From a virus (lineage: Duplodnaviria; Heunggongvirae; Uroviricota; Caudoviricetes), in the IMG/VR virus record IMGVR_UViG_3300044638_003984: 64,000 nucleotides of DNA. One strand, 5' to 3'. Within the stretch, counting starts at the first letter, position 1. Each line of letters starts with the position of its first letter. A model generated the notes under the pieces. It was not told the origin of the DNA, ran no database searches, and saw only the letters and a list, made by a program, of their open reading frames with translations. The position numbers and the translations under genes are program-made. Shown here in pieces: positions 37,156-45,971 of this stretch.

Positions 37156-37793
37156 AACTATTAACAGAAGTAAATGAATTCATAAAAATTGTTTCAGAAT
37201 CTGCTGAAGGTAAACCAAAAGATTATTTTATTGAAGGTATTTTCATCCAATGCGAGAAGCCAAATAGAAATAATAGAGTATATAAGATGGAATATATGCA
37301 ACCAGAAGTAGATCGTTATGTTGAAGAATACGTCAACAAGAATAGAGCTTTTGGTGAATTAGGTCATCCAGATAATCCTACAATTAATCTAGATAGAGTA
37401 TCGCATCTTATTACTGTTCTAGAACAAAAAGGTAATGATTATATCGGTAAAGCAAAAGTTCTAGATACACCAAACGGAAAGATTGTTAAAGCATTTATCG
37501 ATGGTGGTTGTATGTTAGGTGTTTCTACTAGAGGATTAGGTTCTCTTCAACAAGAAAAGTCTTTTTCTATGGTTCAACCAGATTACAAAATTATGACTGC
37601 CGCAGATATTGTTGCTGATCCATCTGCGCACGAAGCATTTGTGGAAGCTGTTATGGAATCAAAAGAATGGGTTTGGAATAATGGAATTGTGAAGGAAGTA
37701 ACTATTGATTCATATAAGAAGAAGCTAACAACATCAAAAAGATTACAAGAAGATAAGATTGCCATTTTTACAGACTTTCTTTCGAGATTGTAA
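37152..37793 (+). CDS. prohead core protease, T4 gp21-like
   Basis: YFIEGIFIQCEKPNRNNRVY, GELGHP and GVSTRGLGSL blocks match T4 gp21. Confidence 0.85.
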   Translation: MKLLTEVNEFIKIVSESAEGKPKDYFIEGIFIQCEKPNRNNRVYKMEYMQPEVDRYVEEYVNKNRAFGELGHPDNPTINLDRVSHLITVLEQKGNDYIGKAKVLDTPNGKIVKAFIDGGCMLGVSTRGLGSLQQEKSFSMVQPDYKIMTAADIVADPSAHEAFVEAVMESKEWVWNNGIVKEVTIDSYKKKLTTSKRLQEDKIAIFTDFLSRL

Positions 37794-37830
37794 ATTTAAT
37801 AAATAAATTAAGAATATAGGAGAATAATTA

Positions 37831-38982
37831 ATGGAAAACAAACAAGATCCATTTGATTCAATCTTCGAAGGCATCGATCTTCCGGAAGATTTTGCTGCTA
37901 AGTTGAAGAAAGCATTCGACGATGCAGTTGATGAAAAATTAAAACAAGCAACTAAAGGTGTTATGAAAACTGAAGAGGAAGAGGAGATTGTTCATCTAGA
38001 ATCCGAAGGTGAGATGGAAGATGATGAGGAAGAAGTTGTAGAACAAGACGAATCTAAAACATATTCTCTTGAAGATATCAGAGCACTATTAACTGATATC
38101 GATATCGTCAGATTACTACAATCTTCAGACGTAGAAAGAACAAAATTCTTAAATTCTATGCGTGCTGCAGTTACAGATCTATCTGGCAACAGTATAGCAG
38201 AACCGTTCTTATCTCTAGTCATGAGTATTATACAAGTGATCGCAGATGATTCTAGAATTTCTACTATGATTGCAAGAGAACTTAAAGATATGGAAACTGA
38301 GAAAAGCTCAGAAGAGCCAGCTGATAACATGAATCAAGTTAAAGTTAATGCTGAACTTGAAGTTTATGAAAATGTTATCGAATCAGTAGATAAGTATCTA
38401 ACTTATGTTGCTGAATCGTGGATCGAAGAAAACGCTCTAGCTGTTGAACAAGGTCTAAAGATTGAGATCATGGAATCTTTCTGGAATGGATTAAAGACTC
38501 TATACGTCGAAAATAATATTGTTCTACCAGAAGAAATTAATGTTGTTGAAGATCTAAATACAAAAATTGCCGATCTAGAATCAACTCTTTCTGAGGAAAA
38601 GCAAGCATTTGCTGAAGAATTATCTAAGCAAAAGGCTCAATATGAAGAAAAGATAAACGAAGAAATTAATAGATCAATTGTATACAAAAACAAAGCAGAA
38701 GAATCTACTAAGAAAGCTGTATTTGAATCAGTTTCAAAGGATCTATCTCTTTCACAAAAAGAAAGATTTGCGAAGTTAACAGAATCTGTAACTTATGAAT
38801 CAAAGAAATCTTACGAAGAAAAGTTGAAAGATATTGTTAAGAATGCGTTCGATTCTTCTAAACCAAAGAAGAAATTGACCGAAGAATCAATGATTGAAGT
38901 ATCTGAAGAAAATACAATTATTTCTGAAGATCCTATCATGAACCTTTATTCTCAAGCAATTTCTAAGAATGTCAAGTTTTAA
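37831..38982 (+). CDS. prohead scaffold protein, T4 gp22-like
   Basis: Acidic, Glu-rich coiled-coil protein between gp21 and gp23. Confidence 0.65.
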   Translation: MENKQDPFDSIFEGIDLPEDFAAKLKKAFDDAVDEKLKQATKGVMKTEEEEEIVHLESEGEMEDDEEEVVEQDESKTYSLEDIRALLTDIDIVRLLQSSDVERTKFLNSMRAAVTDLSGNSIAEPFLSLVMSIIQVIADDSRISTMIARELKDMETEKSSEEPADNMNQVKVNAELEVYENVIESVDKYLTYVAESWIEENALAVEQGLKIEIMESFWNGLKTLYVENNIVLPEEINVVEDLNTKIADLESTLSEEKQAFAEELSKQKAQYEEKINEEINRSIVYKNKAEESTKKAVFESVSKDLSLSQKERFAKLTESVTYESKKSYEEKLKDIVKNAFDSSKPKKKLTEESMIEVSEENTIISEDPIMNLYSQAISKNVKF

Positions 38983-38987
38983 TTTTT

Positions 38988-38995
38988 TATAAATA
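38988..38995 (+). promoter_or_regulatory. T4-type late promoter TATAAATA upstream of the major capsid gene
   Basis: Exact octamer 31 nt before the ATG at 39026; a second near-match TATAAATT at 39001. Confidence 0.55.
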
Positions 38996-39025
38996 CTATT
39001 ATAAATTTATTTCTTAAGGAGAAAT

Positions 39026-40285
39026 ATGTCTAATCTACAAAACAAATGGAAAGCGATTCTGGAACACCCAGAAGCTGCTCCAATTAAGGACGCTTACAGA
39101 AAGCAAGTAACTGCAGTTCTTTTAGAAAACCAAGAAAAGGCTCTAGCAGAATCAAGAAAGATCATCACTGAATCTGGTGTTCCATCAAACGTTGCAGGAA
39201 ACGTTGATAAGTTTGATCCAATTCTAATTGCTCTAGTTCGTAGATCTATGCCAAATCTAATGGCTTATGATATCTGCGGCGTTCAGCCAATGAACATGCC
39301 AACAGGTTTGATCTTCGCAATGAAGTCAAAGTATGGTTCAGGCGCAACTGGTCCTCTATCTTCAACTGAAGCTCTATTCAATGAAGCAGATACTGACTTC
39401 TCTGGAACTGGTACTCACCAAGATAATATCTTTAGAACTTCTTCAGATACACTATCTACTTATGGTACTGGTATGGCAACTGCAGACGGCGAAGGTTTCT
39501 CACCACTAAACATGGGTTTCTCTATCGAGAAGGTAACAGTTACTGCAAAGACTCGTGCTCTAAAGGCAGAATACTCTCTAGAATTGGCACAAGACCTAAA
39601 GGCTATGCACAATCTAGATGCAGAATCTGAGCTATCTAACATCCTATCAACTGAAATCATGGCAGAAATCAACCGTGAAGTTATCAGAACTCTATACAAG
39701 ATTGCAAAGTCTGGTGCATCTTCTGGTACAACTACAGCAGGTTATTTCGATCTTGATACAGATTCTGACGGACGTTGGTCAGTTGAAAGATTCAAGGGTC
39801 TAATGTTCCATGCTGAAAGAGAAGCAAACCAAATTGCAAAGGCAACTCGTAGAGGAAAGGGTAATATCATTATCTGCTCTTCTGACGTAGCATCTGCTCT
39901 AGCAATGGCAGGCAAGCTAGATTATACTCCAGCTCTATCTACTGATCTAAACGTCGACGATACTGGTAATACATTTGCTGGTGTTCTAAACGGCAAGTAC
40001 AAGGTCTATGTTGATCCATACTTCGCAGTAGGTTCTGGCGTAACATTCTCTGACGTCATGGTTGTTGGGTACAAGGGATCTAACGCTTATGACGCTGGTT
40101 TATTCTACTGCCCATACGTTCCATTACAAATGGTCAAGGCAGTTGATCCAGATACATTCCAGCCAAAAATAGGTTTCAAGACCCGCTACGGCATGGTCGC
40201 AAACCCACTATCTGGCGACGGAAACACTCTAGGTGCAGCTTCCAACGATTATTATAGACTCGTCAAAATTAAAAATATTCTCTAA
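39026..40285 (+). CDS. major capsid protein, T4 gp23-like
   Basis: VRRSMPNLMAYDICGVQPMNMPTGLIFA, YSLELAQDLKAMHNLDAESELSNILSTEIMAEINREV and FQPKIGFKTRYG blocks match T4 gp23. Confidence 0.95.
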   Translation: MSNLQNKWKAILEHPEAAPIKDAYRKQVTAVLLENQEKALAESRKIITESGVPSNVAGNVDKFDPILIALVRRSMPNLMAYDICGVQPMNMPTGLIFAMKSKYGSGATGPLSSTEALFNEADTDFSGTGTHQDNIFRTSSDTLSTYGTGMATADGEGFSPLNMGFSIEKVTVTAKTRALKAEYSLELAQDLKAMHNLDAESELSNILSTEIMAEINREVIRTLYKIAKSGASSGTTTAGYFDLDTDSDGRWSVERFKGLMFHAEREANQIAKATRRGKGNIIICSSDVASALAMAGKLDYTPALSTDLNVDDTGNTFAGVLNGKYKVYVDPYFAVGSGVTFSDVMVVGYKGSNAYDAGLFYCPYVPLQMVKAVDPDTFQPKIGFKTRYGMVANPLSGDGNTLGAASNDYYRLVKIKNIL

Positions 40286-40308
40286 ATTAGAGGATAGCAA
40301 TAAACTAA

Positions 40309-40333
40309 GGGAACCTTCGGGTTCCCTTTTTTT
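40309..40333 (+). terminator. intrinsic terminator: 7-bp GC stem with UUCG tetraloop plus T7 run
   Basis: GGGAACC-TTCG-GGTTCCC-TTTTTTT, 24 nt after the gp23 stop. Confidence 0.8.
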
Positions 40334-40427
40334 GTCTCGAAATTTGTATTTTACTAAATAAGAATGAGGATACTAGATGCAACTAACATCCAATACCCTC
40401 TAAACACATACTAAGGACAATTAGCAT

Positions 40428-41237
40428 ATGCCTAATAATATTTATTGTACATACCTTACAATCTACAAAGGTAACAAACTCCCTCTATATTATATTGGTT
40501 CAACTTCTGTTAATAGAATTAACAAAGGTTATCATGGAACCGTGTCTTCTAAGAAATATAAAGATATCTATAAACAAGAATTAATATCTAATCCTCACCT
40601 ATTCAAAACAAAAATACTTACAACACATGAAACCAGAGAAGAAGCTTATGAGAAAGAATTGTTCTTTCAAATAAAATTATCTGTAGTTAAATCACCAATG
40701 TATTTCAATGAATCATTGGCTGTGACAAATGGTTATTTTGGTCGTGCTCTAAATGGAAAAGATAATCCCCTACACGGTAAGAATCATTCAGAAGAAACAA
40801 GAAGAAAGATGTCTGAGAATAGAAAAGGAAAATATAAAGGAATTCCTAAGTCTGAAGAACATAAAAGAAAAATTGCATTGGCAAATACAGGTAAGAAACA
40901 TTCTGAAGAATCTAAACGAAAAATGTCTTTAAATCATATTGGTATTGTTGCTTCTGATGAAACTAAGAAGAAATTATCTGATATGAGAAAGGGTGAAAAG
41001 CATCCTCTTTATGGAAAGACACATTCTCCAGAATCAATTCAGAAGATGAAAGAGACGCATAGTAATCGTTCAGAAGAAACACTAAAGAAGCTGTCTGCTG
41101 CCAAGAGTGGTGAAAATAATCCTAGTTATGGAAAGAAATGGTTCCATAATCCCATTACCTTAGAACAAATTAGGATCCATCCTAACAATCCTCCATCTGG
41201 ATTCTTTCCTGGTAGAATTCCTAAAATTAATAAATAG
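40428..41237 (+). CDS. GIY-YIG homing endonuclease with NUMOD3 repeats (paralogue of 137-748)
   Basis: N-terminal IYCTYLTIYKGNKLPLYYIGST nearly identical to the first copy; multiple HGKxHSEETRxKMS NUMOD3 motifs; inserted directly after gp23. Confidence 0.8.
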   Translation: MPNNIYCTYLTIYKGNKLPLYYIGSTSVNRINKGYHGTVSSKKYKDIYKQELISNPHLFKTKILTTHETREEAYEKELFFQIKLSVVKSPMYFNESLAVTNGYFGRALNGKDNPLHGKNHSEETRRKMSENRKGKYKGIPKSEEHKRKIALANTGKKHSEESKRKMSLNHIGIVASDETKKKLSDMRKGEKHPLYGKTHSPESIQKMKETHSNRSEETLKKLSAAKSGENNPSYGKKWFHNPITLEQIRIHPNNPPSGFFPGRIPKINK

Positions 41238-41250
41238 ATGAGAGGAATAT

Positions 41251-41508
41251 ATGAACCTAGAAAATTTTAAAGAAGCTTATTTAACAGTTATTAATGAAGA
41301 AATTGAAGAGACCGAAGTAGTCGAAACAGAAGTAACTGATGTCGATGAAGAAACACCTGAAAACGAATTATCTGCAGCAGATCATTTTAAGATGGGTGTT
41401 ATGGCTTTGATGGGTAAGATGGATGCTTCCGAAGAAGAGAATGAAATGATCAATGATTTGGTTGCATCAATCATTTCAGATCTTAACGATTCAATGTCTG
41501 GTGATTAA
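41251..41508 (+). CDS. small acidic protein sharing N-terminal MNLENFKxAY with the prohead core gene at 35857
   Basis: The first 21 nt are identical to 35857-35877. Confidence 0.4.
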   Translation: MNLENFKEAYLTVINEEIEETEVVETEVTDVDEETPENELSAADHFKMGVMALMGKMDASEEENEMINDLVASIISDLNDSMSGD

Positions 41509-42095
41509 TACCATTCTACAATCTTATCGGCAATTCCATATCTTACTGCTTCTTCGGCAGAAAGCCACACATCGTGAGACGGCAAAAGAATTTCTCTTAC
41601 CTTCTTTTCATTCAATCCTGTACACTTCTTATAATGAGCAAGCATTCTCTGGGTAGTTAATTCAAACTCTTTATTTCTTGCATACAATTCATGTTCTTTT
41701 CCAAAAGAACCCCAAGAGAATTGATGTGAAAGGATAGAAGTATTCTGTGTAATATATCTCTTTCCTTTCTTTCCAGCCATGAAAATTGCAAGTCCAGCAG
41801 AAGCGATTGTCCCTAACCCAAAAGTAGAGATATCAATCTCGGATCCTTTCATAATATCAATAAGGGCAAATCCAGAACAAAGATCACCACCAACTGAATT
41901 AATCAGCATCCTGATTTCTGTTCGATCTTTTTGATCTTGGAAATTGGAATTTCTCTCAACAATATACTGAATAGCATCAGATGTAGATTCTATGTTTATC
42001 TCGCCAGAGAGAAGATAATAACCTGCTCCCTCGAAGGAGATATACATCTGAGGAATCTCTGGCTTTGGTTTGATTTTAGACATTTTAGTTCTCAT
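41505..42095 (-). CDS. ClpP/NfeD-like serine protease
   Basis: ClpP-family core (INSVGGDLCSGFALIDIM, GLGTIASAGLAIFMAGKKGKRYITQNTSILSHQ); start trimmed from the TTG ORF-track start to ATG (MRTKMSKIK). Confidence 0.65.
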   Translation of the reverse strand: MRTKMSKIKPKPEIPQMYISFEGAGYYLLSGEINIESTSDAIQYIVERNSNFQDQKDRTEIRMLINSVGGDLCSGFALIDIMKGSEIDISTFGLGTIASAGLAIFMAGKKGKRYITQNTSILSHQFSWGSFGKEHELYARNKEFELTTQRMLAHYKKCTGLNEKKVREILLPSHDVWLSAEEAVRYGIADKIVEWY

Positions 42096-42256
42096 TTCGG
42101 TTGAGGAATCGAACTCCAACGAAAATATTTATCAGATGAATATAAGGACTCAACAATCCTAGAAGCATCAAAGGGATTAGAGGCTTGCACCTCATAATCC
42201 CTCATCATTACGGATCTTTGTTGACCGCAATAAAATGAGCACTTGTATGTTGTCAT
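42092..42256 (-). CDS. hypothetical 54-aa protein between the SPFH and ClpP-like genes (not in ORF track)
   Basis: ATG 1 nt after the SPFH stop; its TGA overlaps the ClpP-like ATG (ATGA coupling). Confidence 0.3.
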   Translation of the reverse strand: MTTYKCSFYCGQQRSVMMRDYEVQASNPFDASRIVESLYSSDKYFRWSSIPQPK

Positions 42257-42257
42257 G

Positions 42258-43049
42258 TTACTTCACATTAACTAGAGGAACAGCATTTGTACCAAGAATC
42301 ATAGTGCAATTCGATTTAGAACAAGCTTCGATTTGTAACATACGAAGATATTGATCTGGAGTTAAGCCTCTAGAATCCTGATATGCACGATCTGCTTCAG
42401 CACGTTTAATCTCAGCCGACTTACGAGACTCTTCAGCAAGAGCTCTTTGTGTTTCAGTCTTAGATCGTTGTTGTTGAACACCCGTTTCATTATATGCCGC
42501 AATAATTTCTTTTTGTGGAGAAATCTTACCAAGCGATACATCTAAAACTTTTACAGGAATCTTATGTTTGGTTACATATTCTTGTAATTGAATTTCTAAT
42601 TCTCGTTCAACTTTCTCTACAACCTCTTGTTGTAGTGCCAATTCTGGCATTGAATATTGTCGAACTTGATTACGATTCATTGTTTGGAAAGGTCGTTGAA
42701 TATTCTTCTGATAGAATTCCGGCCCAAAATTCACTACTAGAGCAACAGAATCTGTAATTTGTAGAAGAACGGAAGCATGATAATCAATTGGATTATTATC
42801 CTTGGGCATAATATCATCAAATGGCTCGTCATATTTAATTGGCTTCTTATCTACATCATAAGAATCTGTAGATAGAGCCACGATAACAGAACCAGGTTTA
42901 ATTGGTTCCTTGTCAATACCACCATGACCAAACAACCATGGTTTATAGATTAGAACTGCTTCATGTCCAGGTTCAACATTTACTCTCGTACAAGAAGTTC
43001 CCATTAGAACCAAACATAAACTAAATACAACTGCAATTTTCTTAATCAT
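42258..43049 (-). CDS. SPFH (stomatin/prohibitin/band-7)-domain protein with lipoprotein-type signal peptide
   Basis: N-terminal MIKKIAVVFSLCLVLMGTSC; central SPFH-like region followed by a coiled-coil QQRSKTETQRALAEESRKSAEIKRAEADRAYQD. Confidence 0.6.
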   Translation of the reverse strand: MIKKIAVVFSLCLVLMGTSCTRVNVEPGHEAVLIYKPWLFGHGGIDKEPIKPGSVIVALSTDSYDVDKKPIKYDEPFDDIMPKDNNPIDYHASVLLQITDSVALVVNFGPEFYQKNIQRPFQTMNRNQVRQYSMPELALQQEVVEKVERELEIQLQEYVTKHKIPVKVLDVSLGKISPQKEIIAAYNETGVQQQRSKTETQRALAEESRKSAEIKRAEADRAYQDSRGLTPDQYLRMLQIEACSKSNCTMILGTNAVPLVNVK

Positions 43050-43210
43050 TATTTCTCCTTAATTATTCAAACCGAATCTTTCGGGTCTTCTTCTTTTCTT
43101 GAGTCGTATCAAAGAAAAGTGATATGATCTCATCAAAAGATTCTTCATTAGTCTTGATTCGAACCGAAGGATTATCGGTTGTGTAAATCGAAAAACAATC
43201 ATTAGAGAAC

Positions 43211-44137
43211 TTAACTAGCATAATTACTCTCCTTAAGAATTTTCATTAGAGCCAAATCTTTTGCTTTTGTTTCTAGATCAAGATAGAAATCTTTTCCATA
43301 ATCATCAGGAAGCGAATTAATATAATCAGAGTGAGCAGTTCGATTACATACAATTCCTTCATGAATCGCTTTTGATTCTGAATAATGGAATAGAGGAACC
43401 TCTTTCCAAGTAGAGAAAGCCATATCGAATGCTTCTTCTTCAGTTAATTCATATTCATTACCATTATATAACGAATGATGGAAGAAGTCAAACGTCAGAG
43501 GAATTCCAATCTTCGAGTGAATATCCAAGAATAGATGAGATGTAGAATATGACGATTGTTTATCATCATTCTCCACAACAAGTCTCTTCTTCATACTATC
43601 AGATAATCTTCCAAAGTTTGCACAGAATCGATCGGAAGTCTCTTCGGAATAAGACATTCCAACATGGATATTAATTGGATAAAATTCACTGGCCTCAAGA
43701 CCCATATGATTCATGATAGAATTGTGAATCTCTAAATCTTTGATCGAATTTAGAACAACATTCTCTTTCATCGATCCCAACTTAACAAATGGACCAGGAT
43801 GAAATGATAATCTCATATCATAATATTTTGCCAAAGACCCAATATCTTGTAGGATGCTTTTAATTTTCGACCAATCAGGAAGATCTTCGAATACATATTC
43901 TGAAGCCCAAGGAAACATCTCGGAAGACATGCGGAAATTCTTAATCTTATTCTGGCCATTCCAATCTACAATCCTGAGTAGATCTGACACGTTCTGAACA
44001 ATAAGATCCGACGCATAATCTATTCCTTTTGTGAGGAATGTATCTTTGCGCATGGTTCTATTAGAAGTAAGTCCTAATGATTTCTGGAGAGTAAGATTAA
44101 TGCAACAATATCCAGGATAAATCACAATTGATCCCAA
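43211..44137 (-). CDS. uvdE: UV damage endonuclease UvdE/UVDE
   Basis: YPINIHVG, RLVVENDDKQ and ETKAKDLALMKIL blocks match bacterial UvsE (YINIHVG / LENDDK / EAKQKDLAML). Confidence 0.75.
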   Translation of the reverse strand: MGSIVIYPGYCCINLTLQKSLGLTSNRTMRKDTFLTKGIDYASDLIVQNVSDLLRIVDWNGQNKIKNFRMSSEMFPWASEYVFEDLPDWSKIKSILQDIGSLAKYYDMRLSFHPGPFVKLGSMKENVVLNSIKDLEIHNSIMNHMGLEASEFYPINIHVGMSYSEETSDRFCANFGRLSDSMKKRLVVENDDKQSSYSTSHLFLDIHSKIGIPLTFDFFHHSLYNGNEYELTEEEAFDMAFSTWKEVPLFHYSESKAIHEGIVCNRTAHSDYINSLPDDYGKDFYLDLETKAKDLALMKILKESNYAS

Positions 44138-44541
44138 CCTTCTGTTTCAAGAGTATAATATACTTTCTTGATATCAAATTCAAATATTGCCCGCATACAA
44201 CCAGAACAAGGTTTCGCCAACCCATAGACTATACTATTAGTCAAAATATCATACTTAACACGACAAACATATAGACTAACTTTCTTGAAATCTTCTACAT
44301 CTATTTGTCTCAATGCATTCTTAATTGCAGATATCTCTGCGTGTAGATAGATAGACAGATCTTTGTTTGTTGCATATTTAGCTTGGAGTGGAGATGATTT
44401 CATAGAATTTACTCCAACCGAAACTATCTTGTTTTTGTAAACAATAGCGGCAGCAAGTTTAGCGCCAGAAACTTTCGGATTAGCTATCGCTATTTGTTTG
44501 AGGAGAGAAAAGACTCTAGAGATCTTCAGCTCAGATTCCAT
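44122..44541 (-). CDS. cytidine/deoxycytidylate deaminase-family protein
   Basis: Zinc-binding HAE...PCSGC motif. Confidence 0.6.
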   Translation of the reverse strand: MESELKISRVFSLLKQIAIANPKVSGAKLAAAIVYKNKIVSVGVNSMKSSPLQAKYATNKDLSIYLHAEISAIKNALRQIDVEDFKKVSLYVCRVKYDILTNSIVYGLAKPCSGCMRAIFEFDIKKVYYTLETEGWDQL

Positions 44542-44581
44542 ACATTAAGTATACCGTATCCGACGGGTAAAGTCAAGCTCA

Positions 44582-45094
44582 TCAAAAATTAAAATATTTT
44601 AATTTTGTTCGGTAGATCGAGTCGTCAATCTCTTTCAAGAATTCGAACCAATTACTCGCAATCTTGACATTTAGATAATCACACACCATCTTGACATTAC
44701 CATATCTCCAAAAATCTTCTGTACAATACACAATCGTTTTTCGACCGGATTTACCGATCGATCTTCCGAATAAGCCTAATTCTAGTAACGTAATAGGAGA
44801 TTTAGTATTCGGATCAAAATAATAACAGTTAATATCTGAATTTTCTTGACACCGCAATTCCCACATCACTTGTTCGTGAAATCTTGGATCATCCGGATGC
44901 TGCCTCCAGGATGAATCCCAGTCATCACGACGGGGATTCATAACAACAACATCTTCATGAAGAGATAGATGTTGGATTACACGGTCTTGCCAATTATCAG
45001 CGATACCCATCTCAATAGATCCACCAAGAAAGATGGTGATATTTTCAAGGTGCTTTGCAGTCAACTTAGTTGGAGGTTTGATTACATTAAACAT
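44582..45094 (-). CDS. nucleoside 2-deoxyribosyltransferase/DNPH1-like protein
   Basis: ITIFLGGSIEMG N-terminal Rossmann-like motif; ORF trimmed to MFNVIKPP. Confidence 0.45.
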   Translation of the reverse strand: MFNVIKPPTKLTAKHLENITIFLGGSIEMGIADNWQDRVIQHLSLHEDVVVMNPRRDDWDSSWRQHPDDPRFHEQVMWELRCQENSDINCYYFDPNTKSPITLLELGLFGRSIGKSGRKTIVYCTEDFWRYGNVKMVCDYLNVKIASNWFEFLKEIDDSIYRTKLKYFNF

Positions 45095-45971
45095 ATAAAC
45101 TATCCAATTCTTCTTTCGCAATTTCAGCCATCCAATCAATAACGTCAATAACTTCGACATTATCAGAAATACCAGACTCTGTGAAAGAATTTGTTGTGTA
45201 GATCTTATCAAAGTATTTCGATAGATCATCGAATCCTTTCGAGAAGATTCCGTGTGTCACAAACAACCGAAGATTTGGGATCTGCAACTTTTCAGCAATA
45301 CCCAAGAAAGTTCCACCACCATCACAGATATCGTCGATGATATAAGAATTTCGTGTCGTGTCTTTGATTACTGGAACTTCGAAACCAAGAAATCTGCCAG
45401 TAACAGGATCACGTTTCTTTTTGCAGTAATATTTCGGATGATTATCGGAAAGCATATCAGCATATCTATTCTTCGCACCTTCATCCGGAAAGATAATATT
45501 TGCTTCAGGATCAGTTACAAGAATTTCTTGAATAATCTTATTAATCGGAATATCTTTATACTCATAATCAAACCTGTTAGAATGACAATCTAAAGTATAG
45601 ATTTTTGCATATGGCCAGACGCAGGTAATGATATTCAAGAAAACTTTCTTACCGAGACAATCTCCTTCTACGAAGCGACGATCGGCTCTTGAATATGGAA
45701 GATAAGGAATCACAACAGCAATATTATTGGATGGCATAGACAAAGTAATATCGTTGATTGCATCTTGCAACAGAAGCAACTTCATTACATCATCGGAATT
45801 CTTAATTCGATGAATTAAGACAACACCAAAACACGAAGTCAATGCTTTGATAGTTTCGGGTTTGAGGCGAACCTGAAGTTCGCCTCCTGGATACTTAAAC
45901 CACTCGTACGAATTTTCGTCGATACGCAATACATTACGATTGGACACGAACACGCTCCTTAATGGTTTCAA
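45087..45971 (-). CDS. prs: ribose-phosphate pyrophosphokinase (PRPP synthetase)
   Basis: PRPP-binding loop IIDDICDGGGTF and overall Prs architecture. Confidence 0.8.
   Translation of the reverse strand: MKPLRSVFVSNRNVLRIDENSYEWFKYPGGELQVRLKPETIKALTSCFGVVLIHRIKNSDDVMKLLLLQDAINDITLSMPSNNIAVVIPYLPYSRADRRFVEGDCLGKKVFLNIITCVWPYAKIYTLDCHSNRFDYEYKDIPINKIIQEILVTDPEANIIFPDEGAKNRYADMLSDNHPKYYCKKKRDPVTGRFLGFEVPVIKDTTRNSYIIDDICDGGGTFLGIAEKLQIPNLRLFVTHGIFSKGFDDLSKYFDKIYTTNSFTESGISDNVEVIDVIDWMAEIAKEELDSLYV

Noticed and set aside
41505-42119. The ClpP-like gene as the prohead maturation protease
   Set aside because: A clear T4 gp21 homologue (37152-37793) occupies the canonical position between portal and scaffold genes; the ClpP-like gene is paired with an SPFH gene instead.
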